A DNA stretch of 64,000 nt. Origin: Mesotaenium endlicherianum (taxonomy: Eukaryota). Numbering within the stretch: the stretch's first letter is position 1; each line of letters begins with the position of its first letter. Below the pieces are notes generated by a model, which was not told the origin of the DNA, did not search any database, and worked only from the letters and a program-made list of their open reading frames with translations. The translations under genes were made by a program, and so were the position numbers. Positions 63,731 through 64,000 of the stretch are shown one piece after another. The stretch covers positions 242,900 through 306,899 of the forward strand of contig WELA01003517.1 of assembly GCA_009602735.1 (NCBI GenBank), in the 5' to 3' direction.

Positions 63731-64000
63731 CCACGGCCGACGCCGCCCGGCGATGAATCAGCGAGTAACACTACGAAGCAAGCTGCAGTGGCTGCTGCCA
63801 TGGACGCGCGCCCACCTTACCTGCAGCCTGCACATATGGGACGCCCGCTCCGCTCTCACAACCAGCACAGTGCGCGCCCCAGCATGCACGCCAGCACGCG
63901 CGCCAGCTGGCATGATGGATGGAAGCCTGCAACAGCTCCCTGTGTGTCGGCGCCTCTCTCTCCCCTCCCTTTCCCCGTCGGCCCAAGACTCCCGAGCGCG

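Noticed and set aside
1..64000. CRISPR arrays, rRNA or tRNA genes
   Set aside because: No regularly spaced repeat-spacer array or recognisable structural RNA gene seen

Overview
Eukaryotic green-lineage DNA, probably a streptophyte alga (inferred from a plastid-type ClpD gene and GC-rich, microsatellite-laden introns). Bases 1-7600 hold the first eight exons of a minus-strand ClpD/ERD1-type Hsp100 gene. From about 62.8 kb a probable first exon of a divergently oriented unknown gene begins. Between them lies a ~52 kb nested transposon island. It contains four copies (A-D) of one Ty3/gypsy chromovirus family (fam1); copy B (12146-20961) is full length with open gag and pol. It also contains a second chromovirus family (fam2: deleted element E, a solo LTR and a partial LTR), a 1.25 kb solo LTR (fam3), a PIF/Harbinger transposase relic and a decayed minus-strand gypsy-like element F. 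Highlights: (1) fam1 carries an extra ~555-aa sense ORF3 between the chromodomain and the 3' LTR. It occurs as two highly diverged types on near-identical pol backbones, has a conserved branch point and splice acceptor right at its ATG, and is bracketed by duplicated hairpin+PPT modules. (2) Element F encodes a decayed but motif-complete C5 cytosine DNA methyltransferase between protease and RT. (3) Both chromovirus families have -1 frameshift signals, fam1 with a candidate multi-stem pseudoknot. (4) A covarying structured motif is shared by otherwise dissimilar LTRs. (5) Element A has an internal inversion with templated filler at both breakpoints. All coordinates and identities were read by eye; no searches were run.
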